Assembly (NCBI GenBank): GCA_963762565.1
Contig: CAVXLD010000007.1
Location: forward strand, 384,001 to 448,000
Origin: an uncultured Verrucomicrobiae bacterium
GTDB taxonomy: Bacteria > Verrucomicrobiota > Verrucomicrobiia > Chthoniobacterales > JAFAMB01
Direction: 5' to 3'
Length of the DNA: 64,000 bases
Part shown: positions 29,387 through 39,737 of the stretch, piece after piece
Layout of the letters: each line of letters opens with the position of its first letter
Numbering within the stretch: position 1 is the stretch's first letter
Made by a program: the position numbers and the translations under genes
Notes under the pieces: generated by a model
Databases searched by the model: none
The model's input: only the letters and a program-made list of their open reading frames with translations
Told to the model about the DNA's origin: nothing

Positions 29387-31054
29387 TTACAGCGGCAAAG
29401 TAAGGATCAGGATTTGGACCAGAAACACCCGCATGATCATGACAAGAGGATACACCGCCGCGTAAGCGGTGAGCGGACGGTCTGACTCCGTGAAACTAGT
29501 GGCAAAGGCTAAAGCGGGAGGATCGGTCATGCTGCCGGCCAGAACACCACAGAGGGTCGGAAAATCGATACACAGAAACTTTCGGGCAACGAAGCCGACG
29601 GCAAGAAGTGGGACCAGGGTAAGACAAGCGCCCCCCAACAACCAGGCCAAGCCGTTGCCGGAAAACAAGACTTCCAAAAAATGACCTCCCGCTTTCAACC
29701 CGACACAGGCAAGAAAAAGCGCAATACCAATTTCTCTGATCACGAGATTGGCGGCGGGGGTCATGTACCAAATCAATGGGCCTACTCTGCCGACTCGGCT
29801 TAAGCAGAGCGCCACAATGAGTGGTCCGCCAGCCAACCCTAGCCGCACCGGCGCCGGCATGCCGGGCAATACGATCGGCAGACTGCCAAGAACCACACCC
29901 AACATCAATCCTACAAACACGGGAACAATGTGCGGTAAATTTAAGGCCTCGAGCTTGTTCCCCACGATTTCACCGACCTTGCCTACACCAGCAGTGGATC
30001 CTACCACAAACAGCGAATCACCAAATTGCAAACGCGCGTGTTCAGTAGCGGGGAATTCGATCCCTGCTCGAGTGATCCGAGTCACAACCGTGCCATAAGA
30101 GTGTTCAAAGTTCAGTTCTCTCAACGTTTTTCCCAACACTGCCCGCTTGGTCACATACAATCGTTCGGTGGTGAGTTCGCTTGGGACATCGGCCAAACTG
30201 ATGGCACTCTTTGTACCGATGATCGTTTCGAACTCTGCCAGTTTAGCTCGGGCGCCAACGAGTCGCACGGAATCTCCGACGCGAATCACTGAGCCGACTT
30301 CGGGTACTACCACTTTGCCGTTACGACAAAGCCGGGAGAAGACGATGTCCGCCTCGGTTACAAAGGGCAAATCGCGGATCGGGACACCGTCGAGGTTTGG
30401 GTTTCGAACCTCGATATCAAGGAAATCGGTTGTGGATGTGTCTCCATTGGAGTCGCCAAGCGCGTTTGGTTCGAGACCAGATGATGCGGAGAACGTTCTT
30501 CGGAATAACAACATCGAAAGGATAATCCCGACCACTCCAAAGGGATAGGCAATGGCGTAAGCCATTCCCAATAGATCGCCACTTCCGGCAGGGACTCCTT
30601 TGACGGTCAGCAATGCTGCCTGGCCCGCAGCTAAACTCGGAGTGTTGGTAGTGGCCCCGGAAAACAACCCTGCGACTGCCGGCACAGAGAAGTGAAGCAA
30701 GAAACGATACCCGACGACAAGAATGCCGCCCAAAAGAACAATGCTTGCTCCGAGAATGTTAAGTTCCAGTCCTTGCCTTTTTAATGAGGAAAAGAAACTC
30801 GGTCCGACCTGAAGACCGACGGTGTAAACAAAGAGAATTAGCCCGAAATCTCGGGCGAATTCGAGGATGCTGGTATCGATGTGTAGTCCAGCCTGACCTA
30901 GAAAAAGACCGGCAAACAAGACGCCGGCTGTCCCCAACCGTACGCCCCGGACGCCAGGACTGCCGAGGGCTAAGCCCACAGCAATGACCAAGCTTAGAGC
31001 GAGAACAGCCTTAGCGACTGCTCCCTGGGCCAAATAATCGATCCAATCAAACAT
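29387..31054 (-). CDS. AspT/YidE/YbjL family transporter with TrkA-C domains
   Basis: GLILFVYTVGLQVGP, GATTNTP, GSMTDPPAL. Confidence 0.9.
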   Translation of the reverse strand: MFDWIDYLAQGAVAKAVLALSLVIAVGLALGSPGVRGVRLGTAGVLFAGLFLGQAGLHIDTSILEFARDFGLILFVYTVGLQVGPSFFSSLKRQGLELNILGASIVLLGGILVVGYRFLLHFSVPAVAGLFSGATTNTPSLAAGQAALLTVKGVPAGSGDLLGMAYAIAYPFGVVGIILSMLLFRRTFSASSGLEPNALGDSNGDTSTTDFLDIEVRNPNLDGVPIRDLPFVTEADIVFSRLCRNGKVVVPEVGSVIRVGDSVRLVGARAKLAEFETIIGTKSAISLADVPSELTTERLYVTKRAVLGKTLRELNFEHSYGTVVTRITRAGIEFPATEHARLQFGDSLFVVGSTAGVGKVGEIVGNKLEALNLPHIVPVFVGLMLGVVLGSLPIVLPGMPAPVRLGLAGGPLIVALCLSRVGRVGPLIWYMTPAANLVIREIGIALFLACVGLKAGGHFLEVLFSGNGLAWLLGGACLTLVPLLAVGFVARKFLCIDFPTLCGVLAGSMTDPPALAFATSFTESDRPLTAYAAVYPLVMIMRVFLVQILILTLPL

Positions 31055-31181
31055 TGTCTAGATGTGCTATCAATCAACGCTCTTGCCACAAGGGTGGGGA
31101 ATGACGATCAGCCGGTTAGTTGGGGAACCGTCTTGGGTCGTCCCATCATTGGCTGCATGACTGACTTATTTATGTAATCAG

Positions 31182-31679
31182 CTATTTTACCACCACGGTC
31201 GGACAAGGCGCGTGCTCAAGACTTTTCTCTGCGTAACTACCAAGCAGGAAATGCTGCCAGCCAGTTAACCCGTGCGTCGAAAGCACAAGAAGATCCGCGG
31301 GCAAGTCAGAGGCAACCTTAACGATTTCGTCTCGCGGCGAAATGGCCGTTCGCTGAATACTGTCCACTTTTAGGTACTGTCGCCTGGCTGCCTCCACCTG
31401 TTGCGAAAGTCGCTTGGCGGCTTCGCGTTGCCATCCAGCGATTTCTGCCGATGGTATTCCTTCCATTGGATAGTTTAGGGCCGATGGCTCAGGCACAACG
31501 TGCAGAATGGTAAGATGCGCCCCTAGGCCCTTAGCCAACTGAAGTGCGCAATTAACTGCTTGTAAGGCGTTGGGAGAAAAGTCGGTTGCGACTAGAATTC
31601 GTTTAAATTTGAATTGCCTATTATCGGACCGACGAGAGTGGTCTGGTACATGATTCAGGACATTGATCGCTTCGCTCAT
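31182..31679 (-). CDS. universal stress protein
   Basis: KRILVATDFS, LVLSTHG, GSYAE, APCP. Confidence 0.9.
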   Translation of the reverse strand: MSEAINVLNHVPDHSRRSDNRQFKFKRILVATDFSPNALQAVNCALQLAKGLGAHLTILHVVPEPSALNYPMEGIPSAEIAGWQREAAKRLSQQVEAARRQYLKVDSIQRTAISPRDEIVKVASDLPADLLVLSTHGLTGWQHFLLGSYAEKSLEHAPCPTVVVK

Positions 31680-31825
31680 ACTATTATGACCCTTTCTCGC
31701 AGAGATTGCTCTATAAAACGTCGACCTGCTCTCCACGGATTGGCGGGGACTACCCACCCTTTGGCTGCTGAGATTCGCCCGCATCGCTACAAGAGGCGTT
31801 GCGGACTCGAGCCGCCTGACAACGC

Positions 31826-33412
31826 TTACGCCTTTGGCCCAGAATTCACAACTTCCGGGCTGGCCTGCTGCCCAAATTTCTCGAAGTTCTTTCGAAATAG
31901 GGCAGCGAGTTTCGCAGCGGTTTCCCGATAAGCTTTCTCATCCGTCCAGGTCTTAGTCGGTCGCAGGATTTCGTCTGGCACCCCAGGGCATTTCGTAACT
32001 TGTGCCAGACCAAAGTACTCGTCGTATTCGACTGGAGCTGATTCTAATTCGCCGGAATTAATAGCATTAACGATCGCCCGAGTATAACTGAGTTTCATTC
32101 TGGACCCGACGCCGTAGCCTCCCCCTGACCATCCGGTATTCACCAGCCAGACATGAGCACCATGGCGCTCCAATTTTTCAGCCAATAACCGGGCATAAAC
32201 CGTCGGATGCCAAACTAAGAAGGGAGCTCCGAAAGAGGCGGAAAACGTCACTTGCGGTTCGGTAACACCAACCTCTGTGCCCGCGACCTTAGCGGTATAG
32301 CCGGAAAGGAAGTAATACATGGCTTGTTCCCGAGTTAGCTTTGCTACAGGAGGTAGTACGCCGAACGCGTCGCAGGTTAAGAAGATCACCTGGGTTGGAT
32401 GCCCACCCATGCATGGCACCTGGGAAGTTTTAATGAATTCGATGGGATATGCGCCCCGAGTGTTCTGGGTGATGCGAGCGTCTTTGAAGTCGACGATTCG
32501 TTCTTCCGCGTCTAAGACAACGTTTTCGAGGACTGCCCCAAATTGTAGCGCCTGAAAAATATCAGGTTCTGACTCCGGGGTTAGATCGATCGCTTTGGCG
32601 TAGCAACCGCCTTCGATATTGAAGACTCCGCTATCGCTCCAGACGTGTTCATCATCCCCGATCAGTACCCGATGTGGATCCGCCGATAAGGTGGTTTTGC
32701 CTGTACCGGACAAGCCAAAGAAGAGTGAGGTTTCGGAATTTCCTTTGGCCATGGTCGCTGAACAATGCATCGGTAACTGCCCTTGTTTCGGCATCAGGTA
32801 GTTCATGATGGTGAATACCCCTTTTTTCATTTCGCCGGCGTATTCCGTGCCAAGAATGACCATTTCCCGATCCTCAAAGCTAAGATCCACCGAGGTGGTC
32901 GAACTCATGCCTTGAGTGAGCCTATTGGCTGGAAAAGCGCCGGCGTTGAAGATGACGTAATCGGGTTCGCCAAAACGCTCCAGCTCTTCTTGCGTTGGCC
33001 GGATCAACATGTTGCGCATGAACAGCGCGTGATAAGGGCGAGAACAAATAACCCGAATGCGCAACCTGAAGGCCGGATCCCAACCAGCGAATCCGTCCAC
33101 GACGTACAAACGCTCCCGCGTCTGCAGGTAGTCAATCGCTCGCTCCCGATTGATCTTGAAGGAGAGCGGCTCGAGCGGGAAATTGACCGGCCCCCACCAG
33201 ACGTCGTCTTGTGAAGGAGCTTGTTTAACCACTCGCTTGTCCCGAGGAGACCGTCCGGTTTTTTCTCCGGAGTAGGCTACCAATGCTCCGGTGGCCGAGA
33301 TCGATGTTTTCTTATCGAAACGAATAGCCTCTTCGTAGAGAACCGCGGGGGAAAGGTTGCGCAGAATTTGGGGGCCGGTGATCCCGTATTGAGTAAGGTC
33401 AAATGTTTGCAT
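31826..33412 (-). CDS. pckA: phosphoenolpyruvate carboxykinase (ATP)
   Basis: TGRSPRDK, YAGEMKK, FGLSGTGKTTLS, IGDDEH, EGGCYAK. Confidence 0.97.
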   Translation of the reverse strand: MQTFDLTQYGITGPQILRNLSPAVLYEEAIRFDKKTSISATGALVAYSGEKTGRSPRDKRVVKQAPSQDDVWWGPVNFPLEPLSFKINRERAIDYLQTRERLYVVDGFAGWDPAFRLRIRVICSRPYHALFMRNMLIRPTQEELERFGEPDYVIFNAGAFPANRLTQGMSSTTSVDLSFEDREMVILGTEYAGEMKKGVFTIMNYLMPKQGQLPMHCSATMAKGNSETSLFFGLSGTGKTTLSADPHRVLIGDDEHVWSDSGVFNIEGGCYAKAIDLTPESEPDIFQALQFGAVLENVVLDAEERIVDFKDARITQNTRGAYPIEFIKTSQVPCMGGHPTQVIFLTCDAFGVLPPVAKLTREQAMYYFLSGYTAKVAGTEVGVTEPQVTFSASFGAPFLVWHPTVYARLLAEKLERHGAHVWLVNTGWSGGGYGVGSRMKLSYTRAIVNAINSGELESAPVEYDEYFGLAQVTKCPGVPDEILRPTKTWTDEKAYRETAAKLAALFRKNFEKFGQQASPEVVNSGPKA

Positions 33413-33473
33413 GGTATTTCTGTAGTCAATAAGTGACAGGTGGAGCGGCGGAGTATTGGAGTACTGGAGTTTG

Positions 33474-34850
33474 TTAGGAATGGCGTTTGCGATCGAAACG
33501 GCCTTGCAGGACTCGAATCATCGCCTCTGAAGCGCTTGGATGGATGAAGGATAGGTCTGCTAACTGGTGCACCGTGAGATTCGCTCTAATAGCGCTAGAA
33601 GCTAAGTTGATCAGCTCAGCGGCACGCGAGCCGACGGCTTGACATCCCAATATTCGCCCAGTGCTGCTTTGGACAACGAGTTTCAGCAAGTTCTTATCAG
33701 GTTCGATCATAGTCCCGTCGTCATCGGTTATTAAGGGCAACGTTTCTGAAATCACGTCGACGTTGTGCCCAGCCGCGAGTGCTTCGGCTGCCGTCCAACC
33801 GGCTGCCGCAATGGGTGGCTGGGTGTGCAGGCAGCGGGGGATCCAGTGAGCATCGAACCGAGCCGGATGACCAAGAATGGTTTGCACCGCTGCTCTGGCC
33901 TGCGCGAAGGCAGCGCTATCAAGCAGCATCACTCCGTTAACGTCGCCTATGGCAAAGATTGACGGTACGCTGGTCTGCATTTGCGCGTTCACCGGGATGA
34001 AGCCGGAGCTGGCAAGGCCGACTCTCTCCAGGCCGAGCCCTTCCACATTGGGGGTACGACCCACCGCGACCAAGGTGAGATCTGGAGGAACACTGACTCC
34101 CTTGAGCATGAAACGAGGTGGAGTATCCGAGTTCGCTTCGGGTAAGGTCACCTTTTCGTTCAGGAAGATTTCTACCCCAGCATCCTCTAAAACCTGTTGC
34201 ATCCGTTTCCCGATGTCTTCGTCCCAGGTGGGTAGGAGTCGAGATTCAGCCTCGGCTAGTGTAACTTTGACTTTTCTGGCCCGATAAATCGCGGCGAGTT
34301 CACATCCGATGTAGCCACCGCCAATGACCAGTAGCGTATTCGGCGTTAGGGTACTCTGCAGAAACTGGTCACTATTTAATACGCCCGCTTTTTCGTTGCC
34401 CGGAAAGCTTGGGCGAGAACCGGTCGCTAGGATAATATTCTCAGCGCTGACAGTTTCTTTTTTGCCCAGGTCGTCGGTGATCACCACTTTATGAGGATCG
34501 AAAATTTCTCCGCGCCCGAACTTCACATCAACCGAAGTGCTATCCAGTGCGCAGCTCAATTCTTTGGCCAAACGGTTAGTGACCCGGCTCTGGACCTCTA
34601 ACCAGGAGGCCCAGTGGGTTACAATCAGGTCGGTGTACACGCCAGAATGCTGGCTTTTCCTGACCCGCTCATAGTGGGTGGCGCAGGCCCGTAAAGTTCG
34701 GACAGCGTGACACCCGCGATGAATGCCGGTTCCGCCGATCCGACCCGATTCAATTAACAAAGTGCGCAATCCCGATCGCGCAGCCTGGAGGGCCGCGTCC
34801 TTACCAGCAGAGCCGGATCCGATGACAATAACTTGATACTGATAGCTCAT
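33474..34850 (-). CDS. pyridine nucleotide-disulfide oxidoreductase (dihydrolipoyl dehydrogenase / transhydrogenase-like)
   Basis: IGSGSAG, ATGS, GGGYIGCE, AIGD, HPSASE. Confidence 0.85.
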   Translation of the reverse strand: MSYQYQVIVIGSGSAGKDAALQAARSGLRTLLIESGRIGGTGIHRGCHAVRTLRACATHYERVRKSQHSGVYTDLIVTHWASWLEVQSRVTNRLAKELSCALDSTSVDVKFGRGEIFDPHKVVITDDLGKKETVSAENIILATGSRPSFPGNEKAGVLNSDQFLQSTLTPNTLLVIGGGYIGCELAAIYRARKVKVTLAEAESRLLPTWDEDIGKRMQQVLEDAGVEIFLNEKVTLPEANSDTPPRFMLKGVSVPPDLTLVAVGRTPNVEGLGLERVGLASSGFIPVNAQMQTSVPSIFAIGDVNGVMLLDSAAFAQARAAVQTILGHPARFDAHWIPRCLHTQPPIAAAGWTAAEALAAGHNVDVISETLPLITDDDGTMIEPDKNLLKLVVQSSTGRILGCQAVGSRAAELINLASSAIRANLTVHQLADLSFIHPSASEAMIRVLQGRFDRKRHS

Positions 34851-35380
34851 TTTTTGTCCAAATTGAGGTTTTTTGCCGATGGCGAGTGCCCGTGTGCAGT
34901 CGTCATTATGATTGGGCTGTCTGCGTGACGCAACACGGCGTCCGCTTGTGACTGGGTGAGACCGGCGAAGCTGTGACCGTGTCCATGGACCCGAAGGATG
35001 ATCAAATCCACCTTAAGCCGTGCAGCCACCTTCAGGATCTGCTCTGAACGATTGCCGCAACAAGCAGATACAGGAAAAGTACGAAAGTGACGCTGGCGTG
35101 CTTCGAGGACCAAGTCCCATAGCCGGACTTTCAGCCGATGGCTCCAGCTGTCGTGCACATAACTGGATAGACCTCGCATGTCGGCAACGATCCCAAGTTC
35201 CTTCGTTATCGGCATCAACCAGAGGTCGGCGTCGTAGTGCTCTGCTAGCTTTATTGCGTAGTCCGTTGCATCTGCTTCGGAGCCATCCAAATCAATCGGA
35301 GCGAGGATGCGTTTGGGAGACACTTTCGTCACCTGTTCAATCGTTTTTGCTGGTTTGCCTAAATCATTGTTCACATTCAT
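34847..35380 (-). CDS. universal stress protein (divergent)
   Basis: KRILAPIDL, VDLIIL, VLRHADSP. Confidence 0.75.
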   Translation of the reverse strand: MNVNNDLGKPAKTIEQVTKVSPKRILAPIDLDGSEADATDYAIKLAEHYDADLWLMPITKELGIVADMRGLSSYVHDSWSHRLKVRLWDLVLEARQRHFRTFPVSACCGNRSEQILKVAARLKVDLIILRVHGHGHSFAGLTQSQADAVLRHADSPIIMTTAHGHSPSAKNLNLDKK

Positions 35381-35493
35381 CTGTTTGCTCCGTTTGGGTG
35401 GGATTCACAGGCTGTAGCACGCATTTCAGCTGGCTTTCGTCAGTTTGCTTTTGTTTTCAACTTGCACTGGGACTCTAGCCTCCGGCGATGTGC

Positions 35494-36072
35494 TTAGCTC
35501 ACCGCGGAGTGTGCGGGACCATCCATCGGTTGCACTTTGCTGGCCGCGTTGCCGGCAGTTCCTGTGCCCTTATAGACAAGGATCGGACAGCTTAGATTTC
35601 GGGAGATTTCTTGGGCCCGATCTGCGGCAAAGAAAAGCAATGGCGATGCCGGATGGTGGCTCGCAATCACGACTAAATCGGCTTTTAGTAGCAGGGCCGC
35701 CAGCTCGATTTGCTCCGCGGGCGCTCCGCTGCGAAATTGCATGTCGCATTTGGGATAGAACTTACGGATCTCCTCCACAAGACTTGACAATCGCTCTTCA
35801 GCATCCCGACGGGCGTCGTCCAGCGTGTCGTAGACTCGATCACTGGCGATTTTGGCGATTCCTTCAGGATCGAACACATGAATCAATGTCACGGCGGCAT
35901 CGAAACGGCGAGCAATGCCGGCGGCGTAAACCGCGGTCGCCTTAGACCATCCGGAAAGGTCAACGGCCGCAAGTACCCTTTGGACCTTTGCATGGAAGTA
36001 GATTGGTTGTTTTCTACTTGATCCCCCCGCTGGTAGGACTGTGTTTACAACTCTGTTACGGCCTGCTTGCAT
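35494..36072 (-). CDS. universal stress protein
   Basis: RVLAAVDLS, ADLVVIASH, SCPILV. Confidence 0.85.
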   Translation of the reverse strand: MQAGRNRVVNTVLPAGGSSRKQPIYFHAKVQRVLAAVDLSGWSKATAVYAAGIARRFDAAVTLIHVFDPEGIAKIASDRVYDTLDDARRDAEERLSSLVEEIRKFYPKCDMQFRSGAPAEQIELAALLLKADLVVIASHHPASPLLFFAADRAQEISRNLSCPILVYKGTGTAGNAASKVQPMDGPAHSAVS

Positions 36073-36076
36073 GGCT

Positions 36077-36595
36077 TCACCGTCTTCCTGTGCTGATTTC
36101 TGGGTTAGAAGCGGTCCCTTCGCGATAGACCAGGACCGGGCAACCGGTGGCGTGGAGGATCCGGGCAGCCTCATCGGTTGCAAACATAGGCTGCATAAAA
36201 TTTAGACGATGACTACCGATAACGACTAAGTCGGCCTTTAATATGGACGCCATCAGCGCGATCTGCTTCAGAGGTTCTCCGATGCGAAATTCCATTTCGC
36301 AGTCAGAATGAATTTGCCTGATCTCTTCGTACACACACAGGAGTGTCAGTTCTGCTTCCCGGCGAGCAATCTCGAAAGCCTCGTTTGGTTGCGGAGTAGT
36401 GAAGGTGATCTCCACTGGCTCAAATACATGGACTAGCGTCAATGAGGCGCCGAAATGTCTGGCAAGTGCTACCGCATATTGAGTGGTCTTGCTGGATTGC
36501 TCAGACAAATCCGTGGCGAGCACTATCCTTTTAACCATCGAATTGGATTCTGTCGACCGTCCGGTGACTAGCTTTGTTTCAAGCAAATTGTTCAT
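36077..36595 (-). CDS. universal stress protein
   Basis: KRIVLATDLS, ADLVVIGSH, GCPVLV. Confidence 0.88.
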   Translation of the reverse strand: MNNLLETKLVTGRSTESNSMVKRIVLATDLSEQSSKTTQYAVALARHFGASLTLVHVFEPVEITFTTPQPNEAFEIARREAELTLLCVYEEIRQIHSDCEMEFRIGEPLKQIALMASILKADLVVIGSHRLNFMQPMFATDEAARILHATGCPVLVYREGTASNPEISTGRR

Positions 36596-36882
36596 GACTC
36601 GAATTTGTTGCTATGGAGATTTAGACGACGTCAGCCAGTCGAGCTCACCATCGGTTGGCCGTAGCTGCGCGTGGTTTGTCGCCCGCAGGAATTTGGAGAT
36701 TTCGGCCGCCCTTTCAGGGCGCGTTTTGATGGCGACCCACTCAGGGCCGAAAGACTTTCGGCCCTGGGCTATGCTCTGTAACCGCTTCGCCGTTTTTTCA
36801 ACAGGCTGCTAGCCCGGAATCCTGCAACCGATGGGAAGAGTTGAACAACGGAAGTTAGGCCCCGTTGTGCCTGTAATTTAAG

Positions 36883-37407
36883 TTGGCGGTGAGAATTAAA
36901 TATATGATTTCGATGAATCATCAAAGGCAGACAGCTTCGAGCTTTGGCGTGACCGTGCCCCCGGTTTCTGCATCCGGCTGCAAAGTCAAACACATCCTTG
37001 CCCCTACGGATCTCACGGAAGCATCGGCGCGTGCGGTGGAGTACGCGCTTTGCTTGGCTGACCAGTTAGACGCCGAGCTGACGCTTTTTCATGTTTGGGA
37101 TGTCCCGGGGCGAGTTGGTGGCGCCTCGAGTGCGCTGGATTATGATCGTCTAGGCAGGGACAGAGAACTGGCGGAACAAGCCTTTTACAATCTGTATCAG
37201 CAGACTCGCTCGCGACACTTGGCGACCGACTGCTTTTTCCTGGCCGGAGATCCCTGTGCGCTAGTTCTGTCGGCGGCGAAAACTCTCTCGATAGACCTTA
37301 TTGTTATAGCATCGCATCACCGCAGCTGGCTGAGCGACTTGATTGGGAGGAGCGATATCGAGAGAATCGCGCGAAGCGCCTCCTGCGCGCTACTCACGGT
37401 TCGCTGA
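36883..37407 (+). CDS. universal stress protein
   Basis: KHILAPTDL, IDLIVIASH; start uncertain. Confidence 0.85.
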   Translation: MAVRIKYMISMNHQRQTASSFGVTVPPVSASGCKVKHILAPTDLTEASARAVEYALCLADQLDAELTLFHVWDVPGRVGGASSALDYDRLGRDRELAEQAFYNLYQQTRSRHLATDCFFLAGDPCALVLSAAKTLSIDLIVIASHHRSWLSDLIGRSDIERIARSASCALLTVR

Positions 37408-37526
37408 ATTTACTTTTCAAGTCAGTCGGCCGGCCAAAAACAACTCTAGGACAGCTTTGAACAACCGGAGGTGAGCCAGGGCAACCAGACTGCATAGTTT
37501 GTCGTGTAGAAAATCTGGAACACAAT

Positions 37527-38024
37527 ATGACTAACATCCTAACAGAAGCACCGACGCCGCAAGCGGTGACGCCGGGCTCTAGCGTAAATATCAAGAAAAT
37601 CCTGGTGGCTGTGGATCTGTCACCGCAGTCAGAAAAAACCGTGGCTTTTGCAGTGAGTCTCGCCAAACCCTTGGGGGCCTACATCTCCCTTGTTCACGTT
37701 TGTTCGCCGGGAGAAAGCGCGGAAGTAACGGATAAGAAAGACAAGCGATTCGACGAACCGATTTTTGTTTCACAGGAAAAATTGGAAGACTTGGAGAGAG
37801 AAGTACGGAGGACCTACCCGAATTGTTCTGCACACCTTTGTGTTGGAGATGCTGCTGATAAGATCGCTCTTATGGCCGACATTCTGCGTGTGGATCTGAT
37901 CCTCGTGGGCGGTCATCAGCCGAACGTTTTAGCTCGACTCTTAGGACTCGGCCAGACGGAGCGGATAATGCATCAAGCTCCGTGTCCGGTATTAGCCTAT
38001 TCTTCCAGCACAAGCCGAGCGTAA
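37527..38024 (+). CDS. universal stress protein
   Basis: KKILVAVDLS, VDLILVG, APCPVL. Confidence 0.88.
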   Translation: MTNILTEAPTPQAVTPGSSVNIKKILVAVDLSPQSEKTVAFAVSLAKPLGAYISLVHVCSPGESAEVTDKKDKRFDEPIFVSQEKLEDLEREVRRTYPNCSAHLCVGDAADKIALMADILRVDLILVGGHQPNVLARLLGLGQTERIMHQAPCPVLAYSSSTSRA

Positions 38025-38159
<135 letters not shown>

Positions 38160-38182
38160 TCGCTTCGTTCGTGATAGCCCAA

Positions 38183-38572
38183 TCATGCTCCCTGTTTCCG
38201 CCGGTGAAACCAATCATCGAGATCTAAAACGAGACTGATCGGGTTGAGTTGGAATAGGAGCGCCCACGTAGCGATTTTTGTCTTATCTTGGACCTTGGAT
38301 TCTTTGGCAATCCAGTCGCCGACCTCTTGGTCGCTGACGCCGGTGGCTACGAAGGATTTGAATTGCTCTGAGTCAATCCCGGTGAATCTGAAGAAGGCTT
38401 GGTCAAGCGGGCAATTGAAATGATAGGAGCCGGAGGTTCCGGCCAGTTCCGCCCTGCACTTATCGAGCGCCCGGGCAGCGATGATTTTGTAATTCCCAAG
38501 GGGTGCGCGGGGGCTCCGGGGTGAGGTTTTGGTTAGATCCGGAGCGAGGGTTCTGACTCGTTGGTTAACCAT
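38183..38572 (-). CDS. DUF5069-like protein
   Basis: DLTKTSPRSPR..LG, RALDKCRA, YHFNCPLD..FF.FTGI. Confidence 0.75.
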   Translation of the reverse strand: MVNQRVRTLAPDLTKTSPRSPRAPLGNYKIIAARALDKCRAELAGTSGSYHFNCPLDQAFFRFTGIDSEQFKSFVATGVSDQEVGDWIAKESKVQDKTKIATWALLFQLNPISLVLDLDDWFHRRKQGA

Positions 38573-38577
38573 GTAGG

Positions 38578-38695
38578 GAGTGATTGGTGATTGGTGATTG
38601 TGTGTGTGGGATTGGTGATTGGTGATTGGTGATTGGTGATTGGTGATTGGTGATTGGTGATTGGTGATTGGTGATTGGTGATTGGTGATTGGTGA
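38578..38695. repeat. 7-mer tandem array (GGTGATT)n, about 15 units
   Basis: Directly visible; source of the spurious PITNHQS ORFs. Confidence 0.95.
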
Positions 38696-38788
38696 GCGCA
38701 CTGACGGACAGATAGCAACAACAAAGAGCGGGAATGTACGGTTTCGCGCCTCAGCGACGATCGACCGCTGCTTTTCACGCTTCACTTT

Positions 38789-39562
38789 TCACTTTTCTCC
38801 TTCTCTCTGGGACGCCGCTAACGCTGCTTCCCCCGCGGCCGGGGGGAAAATCTCCACCACATTTCCATCCAATCGCAGCGAGACAGAGGGTTCATGATCG
38901 TGATCGGTCGGGCCGCGGTTAATAATGACATACGGCACTCCGCGTTGGGCTGCGAGTAAAGGGAATGAGGCTGCCGGGTAGACAGAGAGAGTTGAGCCAA
39001 GCGCTACCACCAGGTCGCAACCGCGGGCGACTTCGGTCGCCTGTTCCAGATCGGCAGGATTAAGATTTTGACCAAAGCTGACCGTTGCCGGTTTAAGAAA
39101 ACCGCCACAATGGCAAAGCGGTGGTTTCCGGTGAAGGCGGAAAAATTCGTAGTGGGGTTCGGGGTCTCCGCGCCAAAGGCAGGTTTGGCACTCCACTAAC
39201 GCATTGGTTCCGTGGAGCTCGATCAAGGACTGGGTTCCGGCCAAGGTATGCAAGCCGTCGATATTCTGGGTTACAACAGCCAGGACTTTCCCGGCCTTTT
39301 CCAAATCGACGATGGCCCGGTGGACTTCATTTGGTCTGGCGGCTTTAAAAGCGGGCCAGGCTTCGAGTTTGTAATCCCAATGTTCGATCCGAGCGCGCTC
39401 CGAGCTCATGAAATCGTCGTAATAGATCGGAGCTCTTTTGGTCCAAACGCCGCCCGGTCCGCGGAAGTCCGGGATACCGCTAGCCGTGGATATGCCGGCA
39501 CCGGTGAAGATCATGATGCGGCGCGATTGCTGCAGGTGGCGGGTGAGGCGCGGGTCGGGCAT
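38789..39562 (-). CDS. cobB: NAD-dependent protein deacylase (sirtuin)
   Basis: TGAGISTASGIPDFRG, TQNIDGLH, ELHG, Zn-binding cysteines. Confidence 0.92.
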   Translation of the reverse strand: MPDPRLTRHLQQSRRIMIFTGAGISTASGIPDFRGPGGVWTKRAPIYYDDFMSSERARIEHWDYKLEAWPAFKAARPNEVHRAIVDLEKAGKVLAVVTQNIDGLHTLAGTQSLIELHGTNALVECQTCLWRGDPEPHYEFFRLHRKPPLCHCGGFLKPATVSFGQNLNPADLEQATEVARGCDLVVALGSTLSVYPAASFPLLAAQRGVPYVIINRGPTDHDHEPSVSLRLDGNVVEIFPPAAGEAALAASQREGEK

Positions 39563-39579
39563 TCTAGGAGTGGCGAGAA

Positions 39580-39731
39580 GGTGATTGGTGATTGGTGATT
39601 AGTGATTGGTGTCCATGGAGGTTGCCTATCGATCAGACTCAAGATGCTGTACGCGCTAATTAGCGCCAGCAGTTACGATAAGTCGAGCAAGCTCACCAAT
39701 CACCAATCACCAATCACCAATCACCAATCAC
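39580..39731. repeat. inverted 7-mer arrays (GGTGATT)n / (AATCACC)n with ~85-bp core
   Basis: Arrays at 39580-39611 and 39693-39731. Confidence 0.9.
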
Positions 39732-39737
39732 GTCTCG

